NCBI GenBank assembly: GCA_963726825.1
Contig: CAVSDT010000002.1
Coordinates: 613,341 to 677,340, forward strand
Length of the DNA stretch: 64,000 nucleotides
Reading direction: 5' to 3'
Source: an uncultured Solirubrobacteraceae bacterium
Lineage (GTDB): Bacteria; Actinomycetota; Thermoleophilia; Solirubrobacterales; Solirubrobacteraceae
The position numbers were made by a program, and so were the translations under genes. Each line of letters starts with the position of its first letter. Position 1 is the first letter of the stretch. The notes under the pieces were generated by a model that did not search any database, was not told where the DNA came from, and worked only from the letters and a program-made list of their open reading frames with translations. Shown here in pieces: positions 55,844-64,000 of this stretch.

Positions 55844-57913
55844 ATGCCAAGCGCCCCGCCTCCCGACCGCACCGAGATCGTCCGGCTCCTCCCGGCCCTC
55901 GGCGTGCTCGTCGTGTGGACGGCGCTGCTGCCCGGCGCGGGCGGCTTCAACCCCCGCGACTGGCTGCCGGCGGGGATCGTCCTGATCGCCCTCACCGCCG
56001 TCGCGATGGCCGGGAACCGCCGCCTGCTGCCGCCGCCCGGACCACTGCGCGTGTCGCTGCTGGCCCTCGCCGCTTACACGGTCTGGTCGTTCCTCTCCAT
56101 GACCTGGTCCGTCGCCCCCGGCGCAGGCTGGGATGCGGCCAACCTCCTCCTCGTCACCCTCGCGTCGGGCTGGATCCTGGCCCTGACCCCGTGGCGGGCG
56201 GCGACCGCCGGCGCCTGGGTCGTGGCCTTCTCCGTGCTCGTCGCCGTCGTCTTCGCCATCGCGCTGATCGGATCGACCGGCGGCGGAGCGCTCCTCCTGC
56301 GCTTCGATTCCGGGCGCTACAACCAGCCGCTGGACTACGCGAACGCCTTCGCCGCGCTGGCCGTCCTGGCCGCGCTGCCCGGCATCGTGGTGGCCGCCCG
56401 CCCGGGCGGCGCGATCGCGCTGAAGGCGGTCGGCCTCGCCGCCGGGACGTTCCTCTTCGCCGTGAGCCTCCTCGCCCAGTCGCGCGGCGCCGTGCTCGGC
56501 GGCGGGGTCGCGGTCCTCGTCCTCCTGCTCGCCGTCCCGTTCCGCTGGCGCCTGCTCGGGGCGCTCGTGGTGGTCGGCGTCGGGGTCGGCGTCTCCGCGG
56601 GCGCGAGCCTCGACGTCTACGACGTCGCCACGACGACCGGCAAGGTCACCGACGCGCTCGGCCGGGCCGGCTGGGCGCTGTTCGCCGCCACGCTCGTCGG
56701 GGGCGCCGGGGGAGCGGCGCTCGCGGTGATGGAACGCCGCATCCGCCCCGGCGACGACACCCGCGCGACCGTGCGGCGCGGAGGCTGGGGCCTCGTCGGC
56801 GTCGTCGGGCTGCTGGTCGTCGCCGTCCTCGCGCTCAACGCCGGCCGCATCGCGGGCGGCATCGACGATCAGTGGCAGTCGCTGCGCAACCCCGGCACCT
56901 CCTTCGGCGGCAAGGCCGCCAACCCCGACGGCGAGGCGCGGCTGACGACCGTCGACCCGATCCAGCGCTACGACTACTGGCGCGTGGCGCTCCAGGGCAT
57001 CCGCGAGCGGCCGCTGATCGGTGACGGGACGGGCAGCTTCCAGCATCGCTACAGCGCCGACCGCCGCTACGTGAAGCCGGCCAAGTACCCGCACGACCTG
57101 CTCGTGCGCGTGGCGGGGGAGACCGGCGTCGTCGGCCTGCTGCTGTGGGGGACCTGGCTGTTCGCCGCCCTGTGGGGCCTGTTGCGCGGCTTCCGCGACA
57201 GCGGCCGGGGCGAGCGCGCGCTCGGCGCCACCGCCCTGGCGGCCATGAGCTACGTGGCCATCCACGGCTCCCTCGACTGGCTGGAGGCCTACCCGACGAT
57301 CACCGGCCCCGTGCTCGGGCTGATGGTGATCGCCCTCGCCGTGCGGGCTCCGGCCGGCCGGCGTGAGGCGATCGCCCGCGCGGTCCCCGGCGCCGACGCC
57401 GAGCGCCCGGTCCGTCGTCGCGCGCCGCGCCTGGCCGGCGGCCTTGCCGCAGGCCTCGTGCTCGCCGGGTGCGCGATCTCGCTCGCGATGCCCTGGATCG
57501 CCGTGCGTCTCGAGGAGCGCGGGACCGCGGGCTGGCGCGCCGACCCCGACCGGGCGCTCGCCGACCTCGACCGCGCGAGCGACTGGAACCCCCTCAACCC
57601 CGAGCCGGCGCAGAACGCGGGCCTGATCGCGCTGCAGCTCGGGCGCACCGATCGCGCCCGCGCGGCGTTCCAGACGGCCATCGACCGGGAGGAGACGTGG
57701 GTGCCCCTCCTCGAGCTCGCCCTGCTCGACGCCGAGGCGGGGGACCGCGTGGCGGCGCGCCGCGCCCTCGACCGCGCGACGGCGCTCAACCCCCGTGAAC
57801 CCGTCCTCGCAGAGGCCGCCGCGCTGCTCGATTCCGAGCGTCCTGTAGACGCCGCTGCCCAAACTCGACGTTTGTTCGAGCGTGAACGTGCCGCAACTCG
57901 GCAACTGTCGTAG
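55844..57913 (+). CDS. O-antigen-ligase-like (Wzy_C) polytopic membrane protein with a C-terminal TPR domain
   Basis: The ATG at 55844 lies within ORF 55610..57913. It has about 12 TM spans and a Wzy_C-like core (FAVSLLAQSRGAVLGGGVAVLVLLL). Periplasmic-loop features are RYDYWRVALQGIRERPLIGDGTGSFQ and PHDLLVRVAGETG. The C-terminal TPR-like repeats read ALADLDRASDWNPLNPEPAQNAGLIALQLGRTDRARAAFQTAI.. Confidence 0.8.
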   Translation: MPSAPPPDRTEIVRLLPALGVLVVWTALLPGAGGFNPRDWLPAGIVLIALTAVAMAGNRRLLPPPGPLRVSLLALAAYTVWSFLSMTWSVAPGAGWDAANLLLVTLASGWILALTPWRAATAGAWVVAFSVLVAVVFAIALIGSTGGGALLLRFDSGRYNQPLDYANAFAALAVLAALPGIVVAARPGGAIALKAVGLAAGTFLFAVSLLAQSRGAVLGGGVAVLVLLLAVPFRWRLLGALVVVGVGVGVSAGASLDVYDVATTTGKVTDALGRAGWALFAATLVGGAGGAALAVMERRIRPGDDTRATVRRGGWGLVGVVGLLVVAVLALNAGRIAGGIDDQWQSLRNPGTSFGGKAANPDGEARLTTVDPIQRYDYWRVALQGIRERPLIGDGTGSFQHRYSADRRYVKPAKYPHDLLVRVAGETGVVGLLLWGTWLFAALWGLLRGFRDSGRGERALGATALAAMSYVAIHGSLDWLEAYPTITGPVLGLMVIALAVRAPAGRREAIARAVPGADAERPVRRRAPRLAGGLAAGLVLAGCAISLAMPWIAVRLEERGTAGWRADPDRALADLDRASDWNPLNPEPAQNAGLIALQLGRTDRARAAFQTAIDREETWVPLLELALLDAEAGDRVAARRALDRATALNPREPVLAEAAALLDSERPVDAAAQTRRLFERERAATRQLS

Positions 57914-58001
57914 TAGCATCTGCTGTAAGCAGGGCACCTCCAGCCAGGATGGCTGTGGGTGAGTGACGCTCAAGCACCCGGACGCGAACTCGAGGCGCCA
58001 A

Positions 58002-58406
58002 ATGACCAAGCACCGCAAGATCACCGTTCTGCTGGTTGCCGCTGCTGCGGCCGCCACACCGACTGCCGCCTTCGCGCAGTCGCCCACCGACAGCGTGTAC
58101 GCACCCGACAGCGGTGTCGCTGACGTGGTCTCGAGCGGCACCCCCGCGCCCGCCCCCGAGTCCGGCACGCTGCCCGAGTCCTCCTCTGGCGCTCCGGACA
58201 CCGAGGCCGCGCCGTCGACCGAGACGACGACCGCTCCGACCGCCTCGACGCCCGCCCCGGTCGCCACGCCGGCGCAGACGACCCAGCAGGCCTCCACCGG
58301 CAACCTGCCGTTCACCGGCTTCGAGGCCGGTTTCGTCGCCCTCGCCGGCCTCGCCCTGCTGGGCGGCGGCTTCGCGATGCGCCGCTTCACGCGCGACGCG
58401 TCCTGA
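58002..58406 (+). CDS. Small secreted Ser/Thr/Pro/Ala-rich protein with an LPXTG-type sortase anchor (LPFTG)
   Basis: The ATG at 58002 lies within ORF 57963..58406. It has a signal peptide (KITVLLVAAAAAATPTAAFAQ) and a low-complexity core (SGTPAPAPESGTLPESSSGAPDTEAAPSTETTTAPTASTPAPVATPAQTT). The sorting signal is LPFTG plus a hydrophobic span (FVALAGLALLGGGFAM) plus RRFTRD. Confidence 0.8.
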   Translation: MTKHRKITVLLVAAAAAATPTAAFAQSPTDSVYAPDSGVADVVSSGTPAPAPESGTLPESSSGAPDTEAAPSTETTTAPTASTPAPVATPAQTTQQASTGNLPFTGFEAGFVALAGLALLGGGFAMRRFTRDAS

Positions 58407-58520
58407 CCGACTGACCGGTTGCGCATCATCGGCGGAGGCGCACCAGCGCGTCTCCGTCGTCCGGGGCCGTAGGATGACGCCGGGCGCCGTGTCGGTGCCT
58501 CGACGCCCACGGCCCACGCG

Positions 58521-60059
58521 ATGACCGCACCCACCCTCGAATCCGCCTCCGGCGGCGATCGCCCCTCGGTCGCCACGACACCGGGAGCGGTCTGGCACAC
58601 CCCCGGCGGTGGCGAGAGCCAAGGCCTCGTGCGCTACCTCGAGGCGATCAAGGCCGGCCGCTGGATCATCGTCGGCGCCGTCGTGGCCTGCCTCGCGGCC
58701 GCGGCGCTCTACCTCGCCCAGGCCTCGAAGGTCTACGAGGCCACCACCGACGTCCTGATCACCCCGCAGAGCACGCTCACCGTGCCCGTCTCGGGCGTGA
58801 TCGTGCAGTCCTCGGACCCGACGCGTGACGTCGAGACCGTCGCGCGGCTGATCACCTCGACGACCGTCGCGCGCCGCGTGCGCGAGGAGCTGCGGCTCAC
58901 GGATCCCGTGCCGGCGGTCCTGCAGGACGTCGCGGCCAGCCCGATCGCGCAGTCCAACATCGTCACCGTCGCCGCCGACGCGGGGTCCCCGGAGGCCGCC
59001 AAGCAGCTCTCGGACGCGTTCGCGCAGCAGTTCGTCGCCGAGCGCAACGCGCGGCTGCGTGAGACGCTCGCGCCGCAGATCCGCCAGCTCGAGGCGACGG
59101 TCGAGGCCGCCGGGAGCCAGGCGGCCGTGGGGGAGAACTCCCCGCGCGCGCAGCTGCAGCAGCTCAATGCGCTCAACCGCAGCGGCGACCCGTCCGTCTC
59201 GATCGACTCACTCGCCGAGCTGCCCGCGTCGGCGAAGTCCCCGCGCCCGGCTCTGACCATCGCCGCGGCGCTCATCGGCGGCGGGGTCCTCGGCCTGCTC
59301 GGCGCCTTCGGCCTGCAGCTGCTGGACCCGCGCCTGCGCCGCGAGGAGCAGCTGCGCGCGCGCTTCCGCCTCCCGATCCTCGCCCGCATCCCGCTCGAGA
59401 AGCGCAAGCGCAAGCGCCCGTTGCTGCCGAGCGAGCTGTCCCTCGCCGCGCTCGACGGCTACACCGCGCTGCGCGCCGCGCTCACCACGGAGCGCCGCGA
59501 TGCCCTCGCCGGCCGCGTCGTGCTGATGACCGGCCCCACCCCGGGGGACGGCAAGACGACCGCGGCGATCAACCTCGCCTCCGTGCTCGCCGTCGCCGGC
59601 AAGCGCGTGATCCTGGTCGAGGCCGATTCGCGCCGCCCGTCGATCGGCCGCGCCCTCGACATGCAGGCGAAGGTCGGCCTCGCGTCCGTGATCACCGGCC
59701 AGCACTACCTCGTCGACGCGCTGCTGCCCGTCGGCGACGAGCACTCGCGGTTGCGGGTGCTGCTCACGTCGGAGTCCGAGGCGCCCGCCGCCGACGTGCT
59801 CTCGCACCTGTCGGTGGACACGCTGCTCCTGCAGGCCCGTCGGTTGGCGGACTGGGTGATCGTCGACTCGCCGCCGCTCAACCACGTGGCCGAGACGATG
59901 GCGATCGCCCGCGGCGTCGACGACGTCCTCATCACCTGCCGCGTCGGCAACACCAACGTCCGCGAGCTCGACGAGCTGGCGGAGATGCTCGCCCAGCAGG
60001 ACATCGTCCCCGCAGGGTTCGTTGTCATGGGCGGTCACGCCCGGCAGGGGTACTATTAG
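58521..60059 (+). CDS. Second polysaccharide co-polymerase/tyrosine autokinase (Wzz + Wzc-like P-loop)
   Basis: 512-aa ORF with a Wzz-like N-terminal part and a TM span (IIVGAVVACLAAAALYLA). Walker A is TGPTPGDGKTT, A' is VEADSRRP and B is VIVDSPP. The C-terminus ends in GYY. Confidence 0.85.
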   Translation: MTAPTLESASGGDRPSVATTPGAVWHTPGGGESQGLVRYLEAIKAGRWIIVGAVVACLAAAALYLAQASKVYEATTDVLITPQSTLTVPVSGVIVQSSDPTRDVETVARLITSTTVARRVREELRLTDPVPAVLQDVAASPIAQSNIVTVAADAGSPEAAKQLSDAFAQQFVAERNARLRETLAPQIRQLEATVEAAGSQAAVGENSPRAQLQQLNALNRSGDPSVSIDSLAELPASAKSPRPALTIAAALIGGGVLGLLGAFGLQLLDPRLRREEQLRARFRLPILARIPLEKRKRKRPLLPSELSLAALDGYTALRAALTTERRDALAGRVVLMTGPTPGDGKTTAAINLASVLAVAGKRVILVEADSRRPSIGRALDMQAKVGLASVITGQHYLVDALLPVGDEHSRLRVLLTSESEAPAADVLSHLSVDTLLLQARRLADWVIVDSPPLNHVAETMAIARGVDDVLITCRVGNTNVRELDELAEMLAQQDIVPAGFVVMGGHARQGYY

Positions 60060-60229
60060 GGGGACGACCAACCGCAGTGCGAGACGACACGGACCGGCAG
60101 GGGCCGGTGCGCAAGTTCCGCAGGAGCTGGACCGTTGGTGGTGTAGACAACCATCACGGTCAGGTAACCGCTTGAAGCAGCCGATGTAAGAGCCTGGATG
60201 GCTCGGACAGGGCACTTGGCCGGGATCAC

Positions 60230-61783
60230 ATGACACCAAGGACGGAACATCGCATGACCAGCGAAGAGCATGATGCTCCCCGACCGGGCTGGACTCCGCG
60301 GGTCGTCTCGACGGAGAACGCCACACGCGACGTCCCGTCGGGCCACCGCAGCTTCTGGGCTGAGCTCTCCACGCTCAACGGCCTGGCCGCCATCGCCGTC
60401 GGCCTCGCCGCGGGTCTGTTCGCGGTGGAGCGGCCGGTCGCCACGGCCGTCGGCGCGTTCCTCGTCACCTGGGTCTGGAACCGCCAGCTGCTGCGCATGG
60501 GCCCACACGTCCAGTTCCTCCCGCTGCTGCTGCGCCTGCAGCCGCTGATCGCCGTCGGGGGCACCGTCGCGGGCCTCACGCTCGTCGACGACATCGGCCT
60601 CGCGGGCGCGATCCCCCCGCTCGTGGCGATCGGCGCCGGCCTGCTGAGCGCCGTCCTGTCCTACCTGCCCGGCTGGCGCGCCCGTCACCTGGACCGCACC
60701 GACCAGCTTCGCGTCGCCGTGATCGGCTCCGGGATGATCGCCCTCGACCTGCGCGATGAGCTGATGGCCGCCCGCCGCACGGACGTGCGTGTGCTCGGCC
60801 ACATCGCTCCGGACCACCGCCCCGCCGGCGCACCCGGCGATTGGGAGCTCGGCCGCCTCGGCGGGCTCGCCGAGGCGATCGACCATCACCGCATCCACAT
60901 GCTGCTGCTCTCCGACGAGGCGCCCCGCATGGCCGTGTTCGACGAGGTCGCCGAGACGTGCTCGGACTCCGGCGTGCGCATGCAGGAGCTCCATTCCTTC
61001 TACGAGCAGACCTTCGGCCACGTCCCGCTGGGCCGCATCAACGCCGCCTGGTTCCAGTGGGTCATGCACCCCAACTACCGCGTCGGCGTCTCCCCGCTGA
61101 AGCGCTCGATGGACCTGCTGATCACCGCGGTCGTCTGCCTCTTCGCGCTCCCGCTGCTCGGCCTGCTCGCCCTGATCGTGCGCCGCGACGGCGGCCCCGC
61201 GTTCTTCACGCAGCCGCGCGTCGGGGAGAACGGCGAGACGTTCCAGATCTACAAGCTGCGCTCCATGCGGGTCGCCGATCCGTCCGCGGGCGCGATCTGG
61301 ACCGTGGCCGACGACGAGCGCATCACCCGCATCGGGCAGTTCCTGCGGCGCACGCACCTCGACGAGCTCCCGCAGGTGCTCAACGTCCTGCGCGGCGAGA
61401 TGAGCATCGTCGGCCCGCGTCCGGAGCAGCCCGCGTACGTGCGCCAGCTCGAGGTCGCGGTCCCGCACTACAGCCGCCGCAACATCGCGCGCCCCGGCAT
61501 CACCGGCTGGGCGCAGGTCAAGTGCGGCTACGCGGGCTCCGACGAGGGCTCGACCTGGAAGCTCAGCCACGACCTCTACTACCTCAAGCACGGCTCCCTG
61601 ACCCTGGACCTGCTGATCCTCGGCGAGACGCTGCGCACCCTGATCGCCGACCGGCAGTTCAAGTCGGAGTTCAGCCTGCCGCGCTTCGTGCAGCAGCGTG
61701 AGGTCGAGCGCCTCCGTCAGCAGGCGCTGGGTGAGCACGAGCTCAACCTCGCCCGGGTCGACGGGCAGCCCGCCACCACGTGA
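60230..61783 (+). CDS. Second polyprenyl-phosphate sugar-phosphate transferase (WbaP/EpsB-type priming enzyme)
   Basis: 517-aa ORF with TM spans. The sugar-transferase domain shows FQIYKLRSM, DELPQVLNVLRGEMSIVGPRPEQP and PGITGWAQV. Confidence 0.9.
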   Translation: MTPRTEHRMTSEEHDAPRPGWTPRVVSTENATRDVPSGHRSFWAELSTLNGLAAIAVGLAAGLFAVERPVATAVGAFLVTWVWNRQLLRMGPHVQFLPLLLRLQPLIAVGGTVAGLTLVDDIGLAGAIPPLVAIGAGLLSAVLSYLPGWRARHLDRTDQLRVAVIGSGMIALDLRDELMAARRTDVRVLGHIAPDHRPAGAPGDWELGRLGGLAEAIDHHRIHMLLLSDEAPRMAVFDEVAETCSDSGVRMQELHSFYEQTFGHVPLGRINAAWFQWVMHPNYRVGVSPLKRSMDLLITAVVCLFALPLLGLLALIVRRDGGPAFFTQPRVGENGETFQIYKLRSMRVADPSAGAIWTVADDERITRIGQFLRRTHLDELPQVLNVLRGEMSIVGPRPEQPAYVRQLEVAVPHYSRRNIARPGITGWAQVKCGYAGSDEGSTWKLSHDLYYLKHGSLTLDLLILGETLRTLIADRQFKSEFSLPRFVQQREVERLRQQALGEHELNLARVDGQPATT

Positions 61784-62805
61784 GCAGCGAGGTCGCCGAC
61801 GACGTCCGCGTCAGCGTCCTCACCCCCGTCCTCAACGAGGAGGACGGGCTGCAGGCCGTTCTGGAGGAGATGCGCGCACAGGCCGACCCCGGCGGCGCCA
61901 TCGAGTTCCTCTTCATCGACGGCCGCTCGACGGATCGCACCCGCGAGCTGCTGGAGGCCGCTGCGCGCGAGGACCCGCGCATCCGGGTGCTGGACAACCC
62001 GAAGCGCCTGACCAACCCGGCGCTCAACATCGGGCTCGCCGCGGCCCGCGGCGAGTTCACCGCGCGGATGGACGCGCACACGCACTACCCCGTCACCTAC
62101 CTGCGCACGGGCGTCGAGCGGCTGTGCCGGGGCGACGTCGTGTCCGCCAGCGGGCCGCAGATCGCTGCGGGCGACAACCCGTGGTCGCGCCGCGTGGCGC
62201 TCGCGCTCTCGACGCGCCTCGGCATCGGCGGCGCCGCGTTCCGCCGCCCCCTGCAGCAGGAGATCGAGGTCCCCTCCGGCTTCACCGGCGTGTGGCGGAC
62301 CGCGACCCTCACGGACGCCGGCGGCTGGGACGAGGAGGTGCACCCCAACGGCGACGCGGAGCTCGCCGCGCGCCTGCGCGCCGCGGGCGGCCGCATCGTC
62401 TGCGTCCCCGACATGGCGGCCCACTACGTCCCCCGCCGCACCCTCGGAGCCCTGCGCGGGCAGTACTGGCGCTACGGCCAGGGCCGGGCCCGCACCGTCC
62501 TGCGCCACCGCGACGCGCTCCAGCCCGCCCACCTGCTGCCGCCCGCCGTCGTCCTCGCGGGGGTCGGCGCGGTCGTCGCGCCCGTGCGCTCGCTGCGGCG
62601 GCTCGCGCGGATCGGCCTCGGGGCCTACGCCCTCGCGACGGTCGCGACCGCCGCGGGCGAGGCGCGCGAGCACGGGTCCGAGGCCGCCTACCTCCCGGCC
62701 GTCTTCGCCACGATGCACCTCTCCTGGGGCGCGGGCTTCCTGCTCGGCCTCTATCGCTACGGGCTGCGCGGCGAGACCCACGGCACCGCGATCGACCGCG
62801 TCTAG
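61780..62805 (+). CDS. Glycosyltransferase family 2
   Basis: The GTG overlaps the upstream stop (GTGA). Features are VSVLTPVLNEEDGL, FLFIDGRSTDRT and ARMDAHTHYP. The C-terminal part has TM spans. Confidence 0.88.
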   Translation: MSSEVADDVRVSVLTPVLNEEDGLQAVLEEMRAQADPGGAIEFLFIDGRSTDRTRELLEAAAREDPRIRVLDNPKRLTNPALNIGLAAARGEFTARMDAHTHYPVTYLRTGVERLCRGDVVSASGPQIAAGDNPWSRRVALALSTRLGIGGAAFRRPLQQEIEVPSGFTGVWRTATLTDAGGWDEEVHPNGDAELAARLRAAGGRIVCVPDMAAHYVPRRTLGALRGQYWRYGQGRARTVLRHRDALQPAHLLPPAVVLAGVGAVVAPVRSLRRLARIGLGAYALATVATAAGEAREHGSEAAYLPAVFATMHLSWGAGFLLGLYRYGLRGETHGTAIDRV

Positions 62806-63941
62806 GCGCTCGCGATGAAGTCCAGCAGCCGCCGGCGCTCCGCCTCGGCGGTGCGCTCGCGGGCGCGCGAGAAGCCCGCCTCGACGAGGCGCTCGCGCAG
62901 GCCCGCATCGCCCGCGAGCCGCTTGATCGCCGCGGCCGCCGCCGGCGCGTCGCCCGGGGGCACGAGCAGCGCCGCGCCCGCGGCGATGGCCGGGACGCCG
63001 CCGACCGCCGTGGCGACCACGGGCGTGCGGGACGCGAACGCCTCCACGAGCACCTGCGGCAGCCCTTCCGTCCAGGACACGTGGAGGAAGCCGTCCGCGG
63101 CGCGGTAGCGGTCGAACAGGCCGTCGTCGAGCGGGACGTAGCCGACGAGCTCGGCGCGGTCGGCCACGCCGAGCTCGGTGAGCCGGGCCCGCAGCTGCGC
63201 CTCCAGCGGACCCTCGCCGACGATCGTCAGCCGGTACCCGTCGCCGAGCTCGGCGAGCACGTCGGCGAGCAGCAGCGGGTTCTTCTCCGCCTCGAGCCGG
63301 CCGACGGTCAGCAGTCGCAGGTCCCCGTCCACCGGCGCGGGCCGGTCCCCGGGGGCGGCGAGGTCGGCCTCCGTCACGAACGAGACGGTCAGCAGGTGGC
63401 GGCGCGGGGCGGCGGCGAACGAGTCGTGGAGGTCCTGCCCGACGAGGGTGATCGGGAGCCGGCGGGCGAGCAGGCGCCAGACGACGTCCATCGCGCGGAA
63501 CGCGGCCTGCGCCGCGCGCCGGCCCGGGTGACGGCGGCGGGCGTACTCGCGGGTGTCCTGGCGCACCCCGAGGACGACGCGGCGGCGGCGCAGCACGCCG
63601 AGGACGGCGATGAGGATCGCCACGGGACTCGGGCCGTTGACCCACACGGCGTCGACGCCGCCGAGGGTGCGCCACAGCAGCCGCACGGTGGCGGGCAGTG
63701 CGCGGGCGACCGCCGCCACGTCGGTCAGCGCCGGGTAGTGGGGGAGGGGGACGAACGAGGCCCCGTCCGGCACGTCGACGACGTAGTGGTCGCGCCCCGG
63801 CTCGGGGTCCAGCCGGCTCATCACCACGAGCGCGTCGACCTCCTCACCGAGGGCCCAGAGGAAGCGTGGGAACGCCCGCCGGGTGGTGAGGACGTCGCCG
63901 TCGCGGCGGTAGGCGGAGTCCTCGAACGCTGCGAGTCGCAT
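62802..63941 (-). CDS. Glycosyltransferase family 4 (GT-B)
   Basis: The ATG at 63941 lies within ORF 62802..63977. Features are FLHVSWTEGLPQVLVEAFASRTPVVATAVGG and EGPLEAQL. Confidence 0.85.
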   Translation of the reverse strand: MRLAAFEDSAYRRDGDVLTTRRAFPRFLWALGEEVDALVVMSRLDPEPGRDHYVVDVPDGASFVPLPHYPALTDVAAVARALPATVRLLWRTLGGVDAVWVNGPSPVAILIAVLGVLRRRRVVLGVRQDTREYARRRHPGRRAAQAAFRAMDVVWRLLARRLPITLVGQDLHDSFAAAPRRHLLTVSFVTEADLAAPGDRPAPVDGDLRLLTVGRLEAEKNPLLLADVLAELGDGYRLTIVGEGPLEAQLRARLTELGVADRAELVGYVPLDDGLFDRYRAADGFLHVSWTEGLPQVLVEAFASRTPVVATAVGGVPAIAAGAALLVPPGDAPAAAAAIKRLAGDAGLRERLVEAGFSRARERTAEAERRRLLDFIASA

Positions 63942-64000
63942 GTCGGCGCAGTGTCGCACCCGGCCGCACCCGATCATCCGTCCAGGCGCCCGGGCGGCGG

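Overview
This 64-kb window is very GC-rich (roughly 70-75% by eye) and almost entirely coding. It looks like an actinobacterial chromosome: GTG/TTG starts, twelve 4-nt ATGA/GTGA start-stop overlaps, and Gram-positive GAAC-N4-GTTC LexA boxes. A Thermoleophilia-like origin is only a guess. I can support about 55 protein genes. I found no rRNA, tRNA, CRISPR array, transposase, integrase or phage gene. Housekeeping genes include a sugar ABC transporter, an M23 peptidase, a LigD-type polymerase, uvrB, a MutY-like glycosylase, a DivIVA-domain protein, an M32 carboxypeptidase, ftsH, uvrA, a LysM transglycosylase, DUF47-pit, panB, DUF2520-panC, a UDG, tsaE-tsaB-rimI-tsaD, rex, a GCS2 ligase and an H+-pyrophosphatase. 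They are interleaved with two cell-envelope glycan loci. Locus 1 (7.7-23.5 kb) has two FemAB/CelD-like GNATs, an NTase-kinase fusion, a flippase, an ATP-grasp ligase, a deacetylase, GT4/GT2 enzymes, a secreted GH5-like hydrolase, a Wzy-like protein, a Wzc-like kinase and a priming transferase. Locus 2 (51.5-64 kb) has a deacetylase, a ~1135-aa Ala/Glu hendecad coiled-coil protein, a Wzy_C-TPR protein, a small Thr/Pro-rich LPFTG-anchored protein, a second Wzc-like kinase, a second priming transferase, a GT2 and a GT4. The signals most worth a second look are:
- A third flippase gene is split at a perfect 20-bp-stem, 49-nt palindrome whose exact removal restores the reading frame; it sits next to a 15-bp x5 tandem repeat.
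- A Wzy_C-TPR gene sits next to a mucin-like sortase substrate, which is a candidate en-bloc O-glycosylation module.
- The giant coiled-coil gene carries near-identical 66-nt (22-aa, 2x11) repeats.
- Two hairpins in a 291-bp divergent intergenic region display the same 22-nt loop motif on opposite strands.
- DUF2520 and panC have no stop codon between them, and the lower-GC linker carries competing CCGTSACGG stems.
- Identical LexA boxes precede uvrA and uvrB.
- One GT4 gene is frameshifted.
- A subtilase-like gene in the t6A operon appears to lack catalytic residues.
All functional calls come from motif and domain recognition by eye; no database search or folding computation was possible.
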